Positions 9,754 to 17,792 of a DNA stretch of 64,000 nt are shown one piece after another. The notes beneath the pieces are model-generated. The model was given only the letters and a program-made list of their open reading frames with translations, was not told the DNA's origin and did no database searches. Position 1 is the stretch's first letter, and each line of letters opens with the position of its first letter. Origin of the DNA: an uncultured Christensenellaceae bacterium (GTDB lineage Bacteria; Bacillota; Clostridia; Christensenellales; UBA3700); contig CALWRH010000008.1 of the NCBI GenBank assembly GCA_944383895.1, positions 8,426-72,425 of the forward strand, in the 5' to 3' direction. The position numbers and the translations under genes are program-made.

Positions 9754-10245
9754 ATGATCACATTGGTAATAAAAAACAAAATGTTTTCCATTAAGGGAAA
9801 TTCTACTGTCAAGGACGAGAACGACGTCGACAGGTTCGTCGTCAAAGGCAAGCTGATTTCGTGGAGAAAGAAAAAACGCATTTACGATATGGAGGGCAAT
9901 CTGCTCTATACCGTAAAGAACAAACTCATCAAGTGGTGGATGAACAGTTGTTACGTCTGCGACAAGGACGGGCACAAGATCGCCCGCATAAAACAGAAAT
10001 TCAAATTGTTCAAAAAAGAATTCACCCTTACGGGTTATGCTGACGAGATCGAGATAAAGGGCGATTTTATACAGCATTGTCTTGAAATTTACAAAAACGG
10101 CGAAAAGATAGGCGAAGTAGGCAAAAAGTTCGTTTCGCTTGTGGACAGGTTCAGGCTGGATTGTTATAACGATGCAGACGCACCGCTCCTTGTCGCGCTC
10201 GTCGTAGCGATAGACAATATCAACGACAAGAATCTTTCTGATTGA
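9754..10245 (+). CDS. LURP-one-related / YxjI-family (tubby C-terminal-like) protein
   Basis: 163 aa with SD GGGAGGAG. By-eye resemblance to B. subtilis YxjI: FSIKG..V.DEN......VKGK..S..KK..IYDMEGN.L, and C-terminal LLVALVVAIDNI. Confidence 0.75.
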   Translation: MITLVIKNKMFSIKGNSTVKDENDVDRFVVKGKLISWRKKKRIYDMEGNLLYTVKNKLIKWWMNSCYVCDKDGHKIARIKQKFKLFKKEFTLTGYADEIEIKGDFIQHCLEIYKNGEKIGEVGKKFVSLVDRFRLDCYNDADAPLLVALVVAIDNINDKNLSD

Positions 10246-10299
10246 CGGTTTCGGTCAAAGGAGAGAGTCTGTCAAAAACGCTTTATAATAAAACGTAAT

Positions 10300-10332
10300 A
10301 AAAAAGACGCGCATCAAAAGCGCGTCTTTTTG
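10300..10332. terminator. bidirectional rho-independent terminator
   Basis: Stem GACGCGC/GCGCGTC (10306-10312 / 10320-10326) flanked by an A-run and a T-run, between convergent genes. Confidence 0.85.
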
Positions 10333-10347
10333 TTGCCGTTTATAAGA

Positions 10348-12723
10348 TCATTTGTTTGCCTTTGCCGCAGTGTTCACATAGCGCATTATTTCGCTTACGC
10401 CCGCATACTTTTCATATCCGTCCGCTCCTGCAACTATAAGGGTAGGAGCCTGACGTATGCCGTAGGTGTCGCAGAGATTTGCGTTTTCTTCGGCAAGCAT
10501 CTTGACGTAGCTTACGCCGTTGTCGGAGAGAAACTTTTCTGCTATCTTGCAGTTGGGGCAGGTCTTTGTCGCAAACAGCATGAGCTGAGCGTCTTTTCCT
10601 GCGCTGCGGGTCTCGGGAGCATCGGATCCCGCTTTTTTGCCTTTCTTGAGGCAGGAGTGAGCTATATCGTAAACCTGTCTGTCCTTGAATTCCTGCGCTT
10701 TGCCGTCGTTCCAGTTCTGGACGGGGCGATAGTATCCCGTGATACGGCTGTAAACTTCTGTCTTTCCTCCGCATATCGGGCAGGTGTACTGCTCTCCGCT
10801 GATATAGCCGTGATCTTTGCATATAGAGTATGTCGGCGACAGTGTGTAGTAAGGCAGTTTGTAGTTGTCTGCGATCTTCTTGACGAGAGCAGCGGCAGCT
10901 TTCCAATCGGGGAGTTTTTCTCCGAGGAACGCATGGAATACGGTGCCCGAAGTGTACAGCGTCTGCAGATCGTCCTGTATGTCGAGCGCGTCGAAGATAT
11001 CGGACGTAAAGCCGACGGGCAGGTGAGAGCTGTTGGTATAATACGGCGTGCCGTTTTCGTTTGCGGTGATGATGTCGGGGAACTGCTCCTTGTCGTGTTT
11101 TGCAAAGCGGTAAGAGGTGGACTCTGCGGGAGTAGCCTCGAGGTTGTAAAGGTCGCCGTATTCTTCCTGATAGTCGGACAGTCTTTCACGCATGTGGTTG
11201 AGCACGTTTTTGGTGAATTCCTGAGCTTCTTTGGAAGTCATGTCCTTGCGTATCCACGCCGCATTGAGCGCGGCTTCGTTCATGCCGACAAGACCTATCG
11301 TAGAGAAGTGGTTTGCAAACGTGCCGAGATAACGTTTTGTATAGGGGTACAGACCTTCGTCGAGAAGTTTGGTGATGACGGTACGTTTTGTCTTGAGCGA
11401 GCGCGCCGAGATGTCCATAAGTTTGTCAAGGCGTTTGTAGAATTCGTCTTCTGTCTTGGACAGGTACGCGATACGCGGCATATTGATGGTAACTACGCCG
11501 ACTGAACCCGTAGATTCGCCGCTGCCGAAGTAGCCGCCCGATTTCTTTCTGAGTTCTCTGAGGTCGAGGCGCAGTCTGCAGCACATACTGCGGATGTCGC
11601 TCGGCTCCATGTCCGAGTTGATGTAGTTGGAGAAGTACGGAGTGCCGTATTTGGACGTCATCTCGAAAAGCAGTCTGTTGTTTTCGGTGTCGGACCAGTC
11701 GAAGTCGCGGGTTATCGAATAAGTCGGGATAGGATATTGGAAACCTCTGCCGTTCGCGTCGCCCTCGATCATGACTTCGATAAACGCCTTGTTTACCATG
11801 TCCATTTCCTTCTGACAGTCTTTGTACTTGAAGTCCTGATCTTTGCCGCCCACGATAGCGGGGAGCTCTGCCAGGTCTTTAGGCACTACCCAATCGAGAG
11901 TGATGTTGGAGAACGGTGCCTGAGTGCCCCAGCGGCTGGGAGTATTTACGCCGTAGATGAACGACTCTATGCACTTCTTGACCTGTTCGTAAGAGAGGTT
12001 GTCTTTCTTTACGAAAGGCGCGAGATAGGTGTCGAAAGAGGAGAAGGCCTGTGCGCCTGCCCACTCGTTCTGCATTATGCCGAGGAAGTTGACCATCTGG
12101 TTGCAGAGCGTGGCGAGGTGGCTTGCGGGTGCGGAAGTTATCTTGCCGGGGATGCCGCCGAGTCCTTCCTGTATGAGCTGTTTGAGCGACCAGCCTGCGC
12201 AGTAGCCCGTAAGCATGCTGAGGTCGTGGATATGGATGTCGGCATCTCTGTGAGCCTTCGCGATCTCGTCGTCGTAGATCTCGCTCAGCCAATAGTTGGC
12301 GGTTATCGCGCCGCTGTTGGAGAGGATGAGGCCGCCGACGGAGTAGGTCACCGTAGAGTTTTCTTTGACACGCCAGTCAGTAGCTTTGACGTAGCTGTCC
12401 ACGAGAGATTTGTAGTCGAGCATCGTCGACTTCATGTTGCGGATCTTTTCTCTCTGACGTCTGTAAAGGATGTATGCCTTTGCAACGTCCGAATATCCTG
12501 CCTGGATAAGTACGGATTCTACGCTGTCCTGAATATCCTCGACTGCGATCTTGCCGTCTTTGATCTTGGGCTCGAAGTCAGCCGTAACTTTGAGCGCGAG
12601 CATGTCTATTATGCTCGGATGATACTGTTTTTCCTTTGCTTCGAACGCCTTCGTGATCGCGACTGCGATCTTTTTGATGTCGAATTCGGCAACGGCGCCG
12701 TCTCTCTTGATGACCTGATACAT
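10348..12723 (-). CDS. nrdD: anaerobic ribonucleoside-triphosphate reductase (class III) with a C-terminal thioredoxin-fold extension
   Basis: ATP-cone start MYQVIKRDGAVAEFDIKKI, SD GGAGAA upstream of the ATG at 12723, finger-loop SMCCRLRLDL, Zn site CPICGG, glycyl radical RITGYY. A ~105-aa tail follows, carrying TCPNC. Confidence 0.95.
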   Translation of the reverse strand: MYQVIKRDGAVAEFDIKKIAVAITKAFEAKEKQYHPSIIDMLALKVTADFEPKIKDGKIAVEDIQDSVESVLIQAGYSDVAKAYILYRRQREKIRNMKSTMLDYKSLVDSYVKATDWRVKENSTVTYSVGGLILSNSGAITANYWLSEIYDDEIAKAHRDADIHIHDLSMLTGYCAGWSLKQLIQEGLGGIPGKITSAPASHLATLCNQMVNFLGIMQNEWAGAQAFSSFDTYLAPFVKKDNLSYEQVKKCIESFIYGVNTPSRWGTQAPFSNITLDWVVPKDLAELPAIVGGKDQDFKYKDCQKEMDMVNKAFIEVMIEGDANGRGFQYPIPTYSITRDFDWSDTENNRLLFEMTSKYGTPYFSNYINSDMEPSDIRSMCCRLRLDLRELRKKSGGYFGSGESTGSVGVVTINMPRIAYLSKTEDEFYKRLDKLMDISARSLKTKRTVITKLLDEGLYPYTKRYLGTFANHFSTIGLVGMNEAALNAAWIRKDMTSKEAQEFTKNVLNHMRERLSDYQEEYGDLYNLEATPAESTSYRFAKHDKEQFPDIITANENGTPYYTNSSHLPVGFTSDIFDALDIQDDLQTLYTSGTVFHAFLGEKLPDWKAAAALVKKIADNYKLPYYTLSPTYSICKDHGYISGEQYTCPICGGKTEVYSRITGYYRPVQNWNDGKAQEFKDRQVYDIAHSCLKKGKKAGSDAPETRSAGKDAQLMLFATKTCPNCKIAEKFLSDNGVSYVKMLAEENANLCDTYGIRQAPTLIVAGADGYEKYAGVSEIMRYVNTAAKANK

Positions 12724-12766
12724 AATTTCTCCTTGTTTGTCTGCGGGATTTCCGCGAGTAAATCTA

Positions 12767-12795
12767 ATTATATCATTGCATATACGCTGTGTCAA
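12767..12795 (-). promoter_or_regulatory. nrdD promoter
   Basis: Minus strand: TTGACA (12795-12790), 17 nt, TATAAT (12772-12767). The -35 lies inside an NrdR box. Confidence 0.6.
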
Positions 12796-12805
12796 TATAT
12801 TGTGG
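12790..12805 (-). promoter_or_regulatory. NrdR box (proximal)
   Basis: Minus strand CCACAATATATTGACA, matching 12/16 of the NrdR consensus acaCwAtATaTwgtgt. Confidence 0.7.
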
Positions 12806-12822
12806 CAATATTTTTCATGCAA

Positions 12823-12838
12823 CTACAATATATTGTGG
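12823..12838 (-). promoter_or_regulatory. NrdR box (distal)
   Basis: Minus strand CCACAATATATTGTAG (13/16). It has the same 12-nt core as the proximal box, offset by 33 bp (about three helical turns). Confidence 0.7.
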
Positions 12839-12933
12839 TTTTTGGTATTTCAGTACGATTTTGCGAAATAAGAGAAAAATGCTTTGAAAAGAGGTGAAAA
12901 GTTCGTTTTTTACGTTGCAGCGGGTATAAAACG

Positions 12934-12966
12934 GCAAAAAAACCGCCGCGGAGCTTTCCGCGGCAG
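12934..12966 (-). terminator. rho-independent terminator after nrdG
   Basis: Minus strand GCCGCGGA-AAGC-TCCGCGGC followed by GGTTTTTTT. Confidence 0.8.
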
Positions 12967-12991
12967 AAATTCTGAAACACAATATGCGGTA

Positions 12992-13678
12992 TCAGTCGTT
13001 GCCTCTTATTTTGGCGGACGGTACAAGGGGTTTCACGACATTTATAAAGCCGTTTAATTTTTCTTCGGAGCATGGCGACAGATTTTTATAGGGCACGGCG
13101 TCGCTGTCTTTGAAGTTTTGCAGATAGTAGCGTTTCGCTCCCTTTATCCATTGCGCGAGCTCGCGTATCGAGTCGTCGTCGTGCAGCTCGTCGATGACGG
13201 TCGTGCGCAGTTCGTAATCGATTTGTCCCGAGAGCAGATACTTTACGCTTTCGTCTATCTTATTCATGTCGACTTGCGTTCCTGCCGTAAGAGCGTAGCG
13301 TGAAGGACAGTTCTTGATATCCATCGCTACCGTATCCACGAGTTTTTTCTCTGCAAGAGTTTTCAATTTGTCGGGAAAAGACCCGTTCGTGTCGAGTTTT
13401 ACAGAGTAGCCGAGATCTTTTATTTTGCCTATAAAACTTTCTATGTCTGCGTTGATAAGCGGCTCTCCGCCCGTAACGCATACTCCGTCGAGCACACCGC
13501 GGCGTTTTTTAAGAAAAGAGAAGAGTTCTTCTTCGGTTATGTCTTCGCCTTTGCCCGTAACTATTTCCCAATTCTGACAGAAAGGGCAGCGGAAATTGCA
13601 GCCTGCGAGAAAGACGGTGCAAGCCACTTTGCCGGGATAGTCGAGAAGTGTCGTTTTCTGAAGTCCCGCGATAATCAT
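12992..13678 (-). CDS. nrdG: anaerobic RNR activating enzyme (radical SAM)
   Basis: 228 aa. MIIAGLQKTTLLDYPGKVACTVFLAGCNFRCPFCQN is the canonical NrdG CxxxCxxC cluster and N-terminus. Confidence 0.95.
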   Translation of the reverse strand: MIIAGLQKTTLLDYPGKVACTVFLAGCNFRCPFCQNWEIVTGKGEDITEEELFSFLKKRRGVLDGVCVTGGEPLINADIESFIGKIKDLGYSVKLDTNGSFPDKLKTLAEKKLVDTVAMDIKNCPSRYALTAGTQVDMNKIDESVKYLLSGQIDYELRTTVIDELHDDDSIRELAQWIKGAKRYYLQNFKDSDAVPYKNLSPCSEEKLNGFINVVKPLVPSAKIRGND

Positions 13679-13781
13679 AAGCGCCTCCTTGCGTTTTTTA
13701 CATTATACACCCAAAACGTTTTCAGTGAACTATATTTTGCGCATTTAGTCATTGCGCGCAATATCCATATTATGTCGGCAG

Positions 13782-13808
13782 CAAAAAACGGACGCCGCAG
13801 CGTCCGTA
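13782..13808 (-). terminator. rho-independent terminator after the AraC-family gene
   Basis: Stem CGGACGC/GCGTCCG (13789-13795 / 13800-13806) with a minus-strand T-run (13783-13788). Confidence 0.8.
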
Positions 13809-13827
13809 TGTATGCAGAGTTACGTTG

Positions 13828-14595
13828 TCAGTCGCTGTTGTATTTTTCCGTTTTCGGGATTTGAGTGTATTCTTTCGGGCTGACTCCTGTGACCTTTTTG
13901 AATACTCTTGAGAAATACAGCTGATCGCTGAAACCGCACATTTCCGCGATCTCGTATATTTTATAGTTGTTTATATTTTTGCTGAGCAACAGTTTTTGTG
14001 CGAAACCGATGCGCGTTACGTTGAGGAACTGCAGCGGAGAGATGCCTTTTTCTTTTATGAACTGTCTGCGGATATAGTCCTTGCTGAGAGGGAAAGTGGA
14101 GTAGACGTCGTCCAGCGAAAAATTGGGGTCTGAGAAATTTTCTATTATGCTGCTCGCGATCATCTCGACGTGCTGAGAATAGTTGTCCGATCCTGCAAAA
14201 CTCGAGATAATGTTGAGCACGAGTTCTGTAAACGAAAGAATTATGTTTGCCTGGTTGGGCACTTCGGAGTTGAAGTAGCGATAGCACAGCGTGAGCACGT
14301 TGAAAATATCTTTCTGGGGGTTGTCGCTGAGGAGCATCGCCTTTTTGAAAGAAGGCGTCCAGTTTGCAACGGTAAGGTAAATGTTTTTGAACCCCATTTT
14401 AGAGTCGTTTGTGTGCAGTGTGTGCGGGGGTATGATGACCATCTGATTGCGAGTGTATTCTATCGCGTCGCTGCCATCGAAGAACGTAATAGTGCCGTCT
14501 CCGTTGGTGCAGTAAATGATTTCCCAATAATCGTGCTGATGTTGGGAAACGTGAAAAGTCTTCATATTCTTTCCTATATAGTTGATAATCGGCAT
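13828..14595 (-). CDS. AraC-family transcriptional regulator (cupin sensor + HTH)
   Basis: 255 aa. N-terminal cupin-like part (HQHDYWEIIYC...IIPPHTLH) and C-terminal AraC HTH (IAEMCGFSDQLYFSRVFKKVTGVSPKEY). SD GGAGG is 8 nt upstream. Divergent from the sugar operon. Confidence 0.9.
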   Translation of the reverse strand: MPIINYIGKNMKTFHVSQHQHDYWEIIYCTNGDGTITFFDGSDAIEYTRNQMVIIPPHTLHTNDSKMGFKNIYLTVANWTPSFKKAMLLSDNPQKDIFNVLTLCYRYFNSEVPNQANIILSFTELVLNIISSFAGSDNYSQHVEMIASSIIENFSDPNFSLDDVYSTFPLSKDYIRRQFIKEKGISPLQFLNVTRIGFAQKLLLSKNINNYKIYEIAEMCGFSDQLYFSRVFKKVTGVSPKEYTQIPKTEKYNSD

Positions 14596-14663
14596 AAATC
14601 CACCTCCGAGTATTATTTTAGCGTATTTAACCTATTTTGTCCATAATTTTTTTACAATTTGCC

Positions 14664-14692
14664 TTGAAAAAATTTTTTCATTATTTTATAAT
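14664..14692 (+). promoter_or_regulatory. promoter of the hexuronate/oxidoreductase operon
   Basis: TTGAAA (14664-14669), 17 nt, TATAAT (14687-14692). Confidence 0.6.
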
Positions 14693-14767
14693 AATCATAA
14701 CGGGCGCAGTGCGCCCGCAAGGACGGCAGTTTGCGCGACGATCGCGCTTGTCGTCAGAGGAGATCAA

Positions 14768-15412
14768 ATGGATAAGTTCGAAGTGTTTTCTGCAATCAAA
14801 AAAGAAGGCGTTGTCGTTGTCATAAGAGGCGACAGCGTAGAACAGGCTATGCAGACCGTCGACGCCTGCTACAAGGGCGGCATAAAGATGATCGAAGTGA
14901 CGTTTACCGTTCCGCATGCGGATATGATCATATCTTCGCTTTGTGAAAAATACAAGGGTACCGACATGGTGGTAGGCGCGGGCAGCGTGCTCGATCCCGA
15001 AACCGCGAGGGCGGCTATCCTTGCAGGAGCGCAGTTTATCTTCAGTCCGAGTTTCAATGAGGATACCGTAAGACTTTGCAACCGTTACGCGGTAGCGGTA
15101 GTGCCCGGCATATTCTCGCCGACAGAGGCTGTAAAGGCTCTCGAGGCAGGCGCAAACTTTGTCAAGCTTTTCCCCGGAGACGTCGCTACTCCCGCGGGGC
15201 TCAAGGCTCTCAGAGGACCTTTGCCGCAGCTTCAGATCATGCCTACGGGCGGCGTAAGCCTTGCCAACGTAGAGGATTGGTTCAAGGCGGGTGCGGTTGC
15301 GGTAGGCGCAGGTTCCTTCGTGACTAAGGGCGCAAAAAAAGGAGATTATAAAGAAGTAGAAGACACGGCGAGACAGCTCGTTGAAAAAGTCAGAAATATA
15401 AAGAGAGGTTGA
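14768..15412 (+). CDS. eda: 2-dehydro-3-deoxyphosphogluconate (KDPG) aldolase
   Basis: 214 aa from the ATG at 14768 (the track's 14582 start is an extension). KDPG/KHG-aldolase pattern: GVVVVIRG, IKMIEVTF, FVKLFPG, MPTGGV. Confidence 0.9.
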   Translation: MDKFEVFSAIKKEGVVVVIRGDSVEQAMQTVDACYKGGIKMIEVTFTVPHADMIISSLCEKYKGTDMVVGAGSVLDPETARAAILAGAQFIFSPSFNEDTVRLCNRYAVAVVPGIFSPTEAVKALEAGANFVKLFPGDVATPAGLKALRGPLPQLQIMPTGGVSLANVEDWFKAGAVAVGAGSFVTKGAKKGDYKEVEDTARQLVEKVRNIKRG

Positions 15413-15416
15413 CTGC

Positions 15417-16439
15417 ATGAGTATATTGACTATAGGTGAAATAATGCTCAGGCTCCAGCCGTTCGGATACAAGAGATTCGCACAGGCTGAGGCATACGAG
15501 GCGGTATACGGCGGCGGAGAGGCAAATGTGGCGGTATCGCTCGCTCAGTTCGGAGAGGATGTGGCGTGCTTTACCAGATTGCCCGAAAATCCGATCGCGG
15601 ACAGGTGTATAGGAGAGCTCCGCAGATACGGCGTAGATACAAAAAAGATAGTACGCGGCGGAGAGAGGATGGGTATATATTTCTGTGAAAAAGGCTGTTC
15701 GCAAAGACCAAGCAACGTCATCTACGACAGAGCTCACAGCGCGATGAGCGAGATAGAGCCCGAAGACGTTGACGTCGACAAACTTCTTAGCGGCGTAGAG
15801 TGGCTGCATTGGACGGGTATAACCCCCGCTATTTCGGATAAGACCGCAAAAGTTCTCGGGATCATACTCGACGCGGCAAAGGCAAAGAACATAACCGTTT
15901 CGTGCGACCTCAATTTCCGCAAAAAACTGTGGAGCAAACAGAAAGCCAACGAAGTCATGTCAAAACTTGTCAAGACGGTTGATGTGCTCATCAGCAACGA
16001 AGAGGACTGCAAGGACGTTTTCGGTATAGAGGCCGACGACAGCAACATCAGCGGCGGTAAACTCAATAAAGAAGGTTACGAGGCTCTCGGCGCGAAAGTT
16101 CTCGATAAGTTCCCGTCACTCAAAGGCATAGCGTTCACGCTCCGCGAGAGTTACAGCGCGAGCCGCAACGGCTGGTCTGCCGTTTACGTTACGAGAAAGG
16201 CGGTTTACGAGAGCAAACATTACGATATAGACATCGTGGACAGAGTAGGCGGCGGCGACAGTTTCGGCGCGGGACTCATTTACGGACTCAAGAACGGCCT
16301 CGGAGAGCAGGCTGCGCTCGAATTCGCCGTGGCGGCGTCTTGTCTTAAACACACGGTTGAAGGAGATTTCAACGTTACTTCGGTAGCGGAAGTGAAAAAA
16401 CTCGCGGAGGGCGACGGCAGTGGTAGAGTACAGAGATAA
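15417..16439 (+). CDS. kdgK: 2-dehydro-3-deoxygluconokinase (PfkB family)
   Basis: 340 aa. GGGEANVAVSLAQFG N-terminal motif and DRVGGGDSFGAGLIYG ATP-site motif. Confidence 0.85.
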   Translation: MSILTIGEIMLRLQPFGYKRFAQAEAYEAVYGGGEANVAVSLAQFGEDVACFTRLPENPIADRCIGELRRYGVDTKKIVRGGERMGIYFCEKGCSQRPSNVIYDRAHSAMSEIEPEDVDVDKLLSGVEWLHWTGITPAISDKTAKVLGIILDAAKAKNITVSCDLNFRKKLWSKQKANEVMSKLVKTVDVLISNEEDCKDVFGIEADDSNISGGKLNKEGYEALGAKVLDKFPSLKGIAFTLRESYSASRNGWSAVYVTRKAVYESKHYDIDIVDRVGGGDSFGAGLIYGLKNGLGEQAALEFAVAASCLKHTVEGDFNVTSVAEVKKLAEGDGSGRVQR

Positions 16440-16449
16440 CGTGATAAAA

Positions 16450-17790
16450 ATGCTCGGCTCGAAGCGCGCAGAAGAGATATACGCGGCTGTCAAGGATCTG
16501 CCGATTATAGACTATCATTGTCATCTTTCTCCCAAAGAGATCTACGAGGACAAGCCTTTCAGCGATATAGGCGAGATATGGCTCGCGGGCGATCATTATA
16601 AGTGGAGGCTCATGCGCGGCTACGACGTGGACGAGAAGTATATCACGGGAAACGCAAGCTGGGCTGAGAAGTTCGACAAGTTCGCGGAGGCGGTAGGTTA
16701 CGCTCTCGGCAATCCCGTAAAGGATTGGGTCGCGGCGGAACTGATGTTCTTTTTCGGGATCACGACTCCTCTCAATAAGGATACCGCTGAAGAGGTAAGA
16801 AAAAAGGCAAATGCCGTAATAAAAGAAAAAGGCATTTCTCCCCGCAAGCTCATAGAGAGCGCGAACGTAGAGTATATCGCTACGACAGACGATCCCTGCG
16901 ACAGTCTCGAGTGGCACGACAGGATCGCGAAAGAAGGGGCGCTCAAAGCAAAAGTCGCTCCCACGTTCAGAGTGGACAATCTCGTTTCTGTAGAGAAAGC
17001 AGATTATAATCAATATATAAATAAACTCGAAAAGGCGAGCGCTATAAAAATAGCTTGCCTCGGAGATTTTGAAAAAGCTGTAGAGAACAGGCTCGACTTC
17101 TTCGTCAGCCGCGGTTGCAGATTTTCCGATATCGGCGTTGCGGGTTTCCCGAAGTCGGTCGCGGAAAAGAAAGATGCCGAAGATATATTCGGACGCATCG
17201 TCGCGGGCAAAGAGGCTGCGGCGGACGAGATAAGCGCGCTCAAAGGTTATCTTTACGTCTTTCTTGCGGCGCAATACAAAAAGCGCGGCATAACCATGCA
17301 GATGCACCTTGCCGTTACCCGAAACTCCAACAGCGCTATGTTCGCAGAGTGCGGCGCGGACAGCGGTTTCGACTGCGTAGGAGACGCAATCGATACGGTA
17401 ACGCTCACGCGCGTTATAGATACGATGAATAAAAACGGCGGACTGCCCGAGACGATAATCTACACTCTCAATCCGTCTATGTATTATACGCTCATAACGA
17501 TGATAGGCGCGTTCAGAGGAGTTCACCTCGGCGTAAGCTGGTGGTTCTGCGATCACAAGCGCGGCATGAGAGAAACTTTCGACAGACTTTCCGAGCTCGG
17601 ACATATCTGTTCTCTCATAGGTATGCTGACGGACAGCAGGAGTTTCCTTTCTTATACAAGACACGACTATTACAGACAGTGCCTTTGCGATTTCCTGGCG
17701 GACAACTCGTCCGAGAGAGACGGAGACGCGCCCGTAGAAGTAGCAAAGAAACTGTGTTATTATAACGCTAAAAAACTTTTGGAGGGTTGA
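16450..17790 (+). CDS. uxaC: glucuronate isomerase
   Basis: Hallmark PIIDYHCHLSPKEIYEDKPF and length typical of UxaC. ATG at 16450 is preferred because it follows the kdgK stop. Confidence 0.95.
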   Translation: MLGSKRAEEIYAAVKDLPIIDYHCHLSPKEIYEDKPFSDIGEIWLAGDHYKWRLMRGYDVDEKYITGNASWAEKFDKFAEAVGYALGNPVKDWVAAELMFFFGITTPLNKDTAEEVRKKANAVIKEKGISPRKLIESANVEYIATTDDPCDSLEWHDRIAKEGALKAKVAPTFRVDNLVSVEKADYNQYINKLEKASAIKIACLGDFEKAVENRLDFFVSRGCRFSDIGVAGFPKSVAEKKDAEDIFGRIVAGKEAAADEISALKGYLYVFLAAQYKKRGITMQMHLAVTRNSNSAMFAECGADSGFDCVGDAIDTVTLTRVIDTMNKNGGLPETIIYTLNPSMYYTLITMIGAFRGVHLGVSWWFCDHKRGMRETFDRLSELGHICSLIGMLTDSRSFLSYTRHDYYRQCLCDFLADNSSERDGDAPVEVAKKLCYYNAKKLLEG

Positions 17791-17792
17791 AT

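Noticed and set aside
10330-12897. Two plus-strand ORFs (391 and 386 aa) opposite nrdD
   Set aside because: They are codon-aligned shadows of nrdD with low-complexity composition. nrdD carries ATP-cone, finger-loop and glycyl-radical motifs.
13700-13781. NrdR-like AT-rich palindromes upstream of nrdG (GCAAAATATAGTTCAC, ACATAATATGGATATT on the minus strand)
   Set aside because: They match only 9-10 of 16 consensus positions and lack the CACAATATATTG core seen in the two strong boxes upstream of nrdD.
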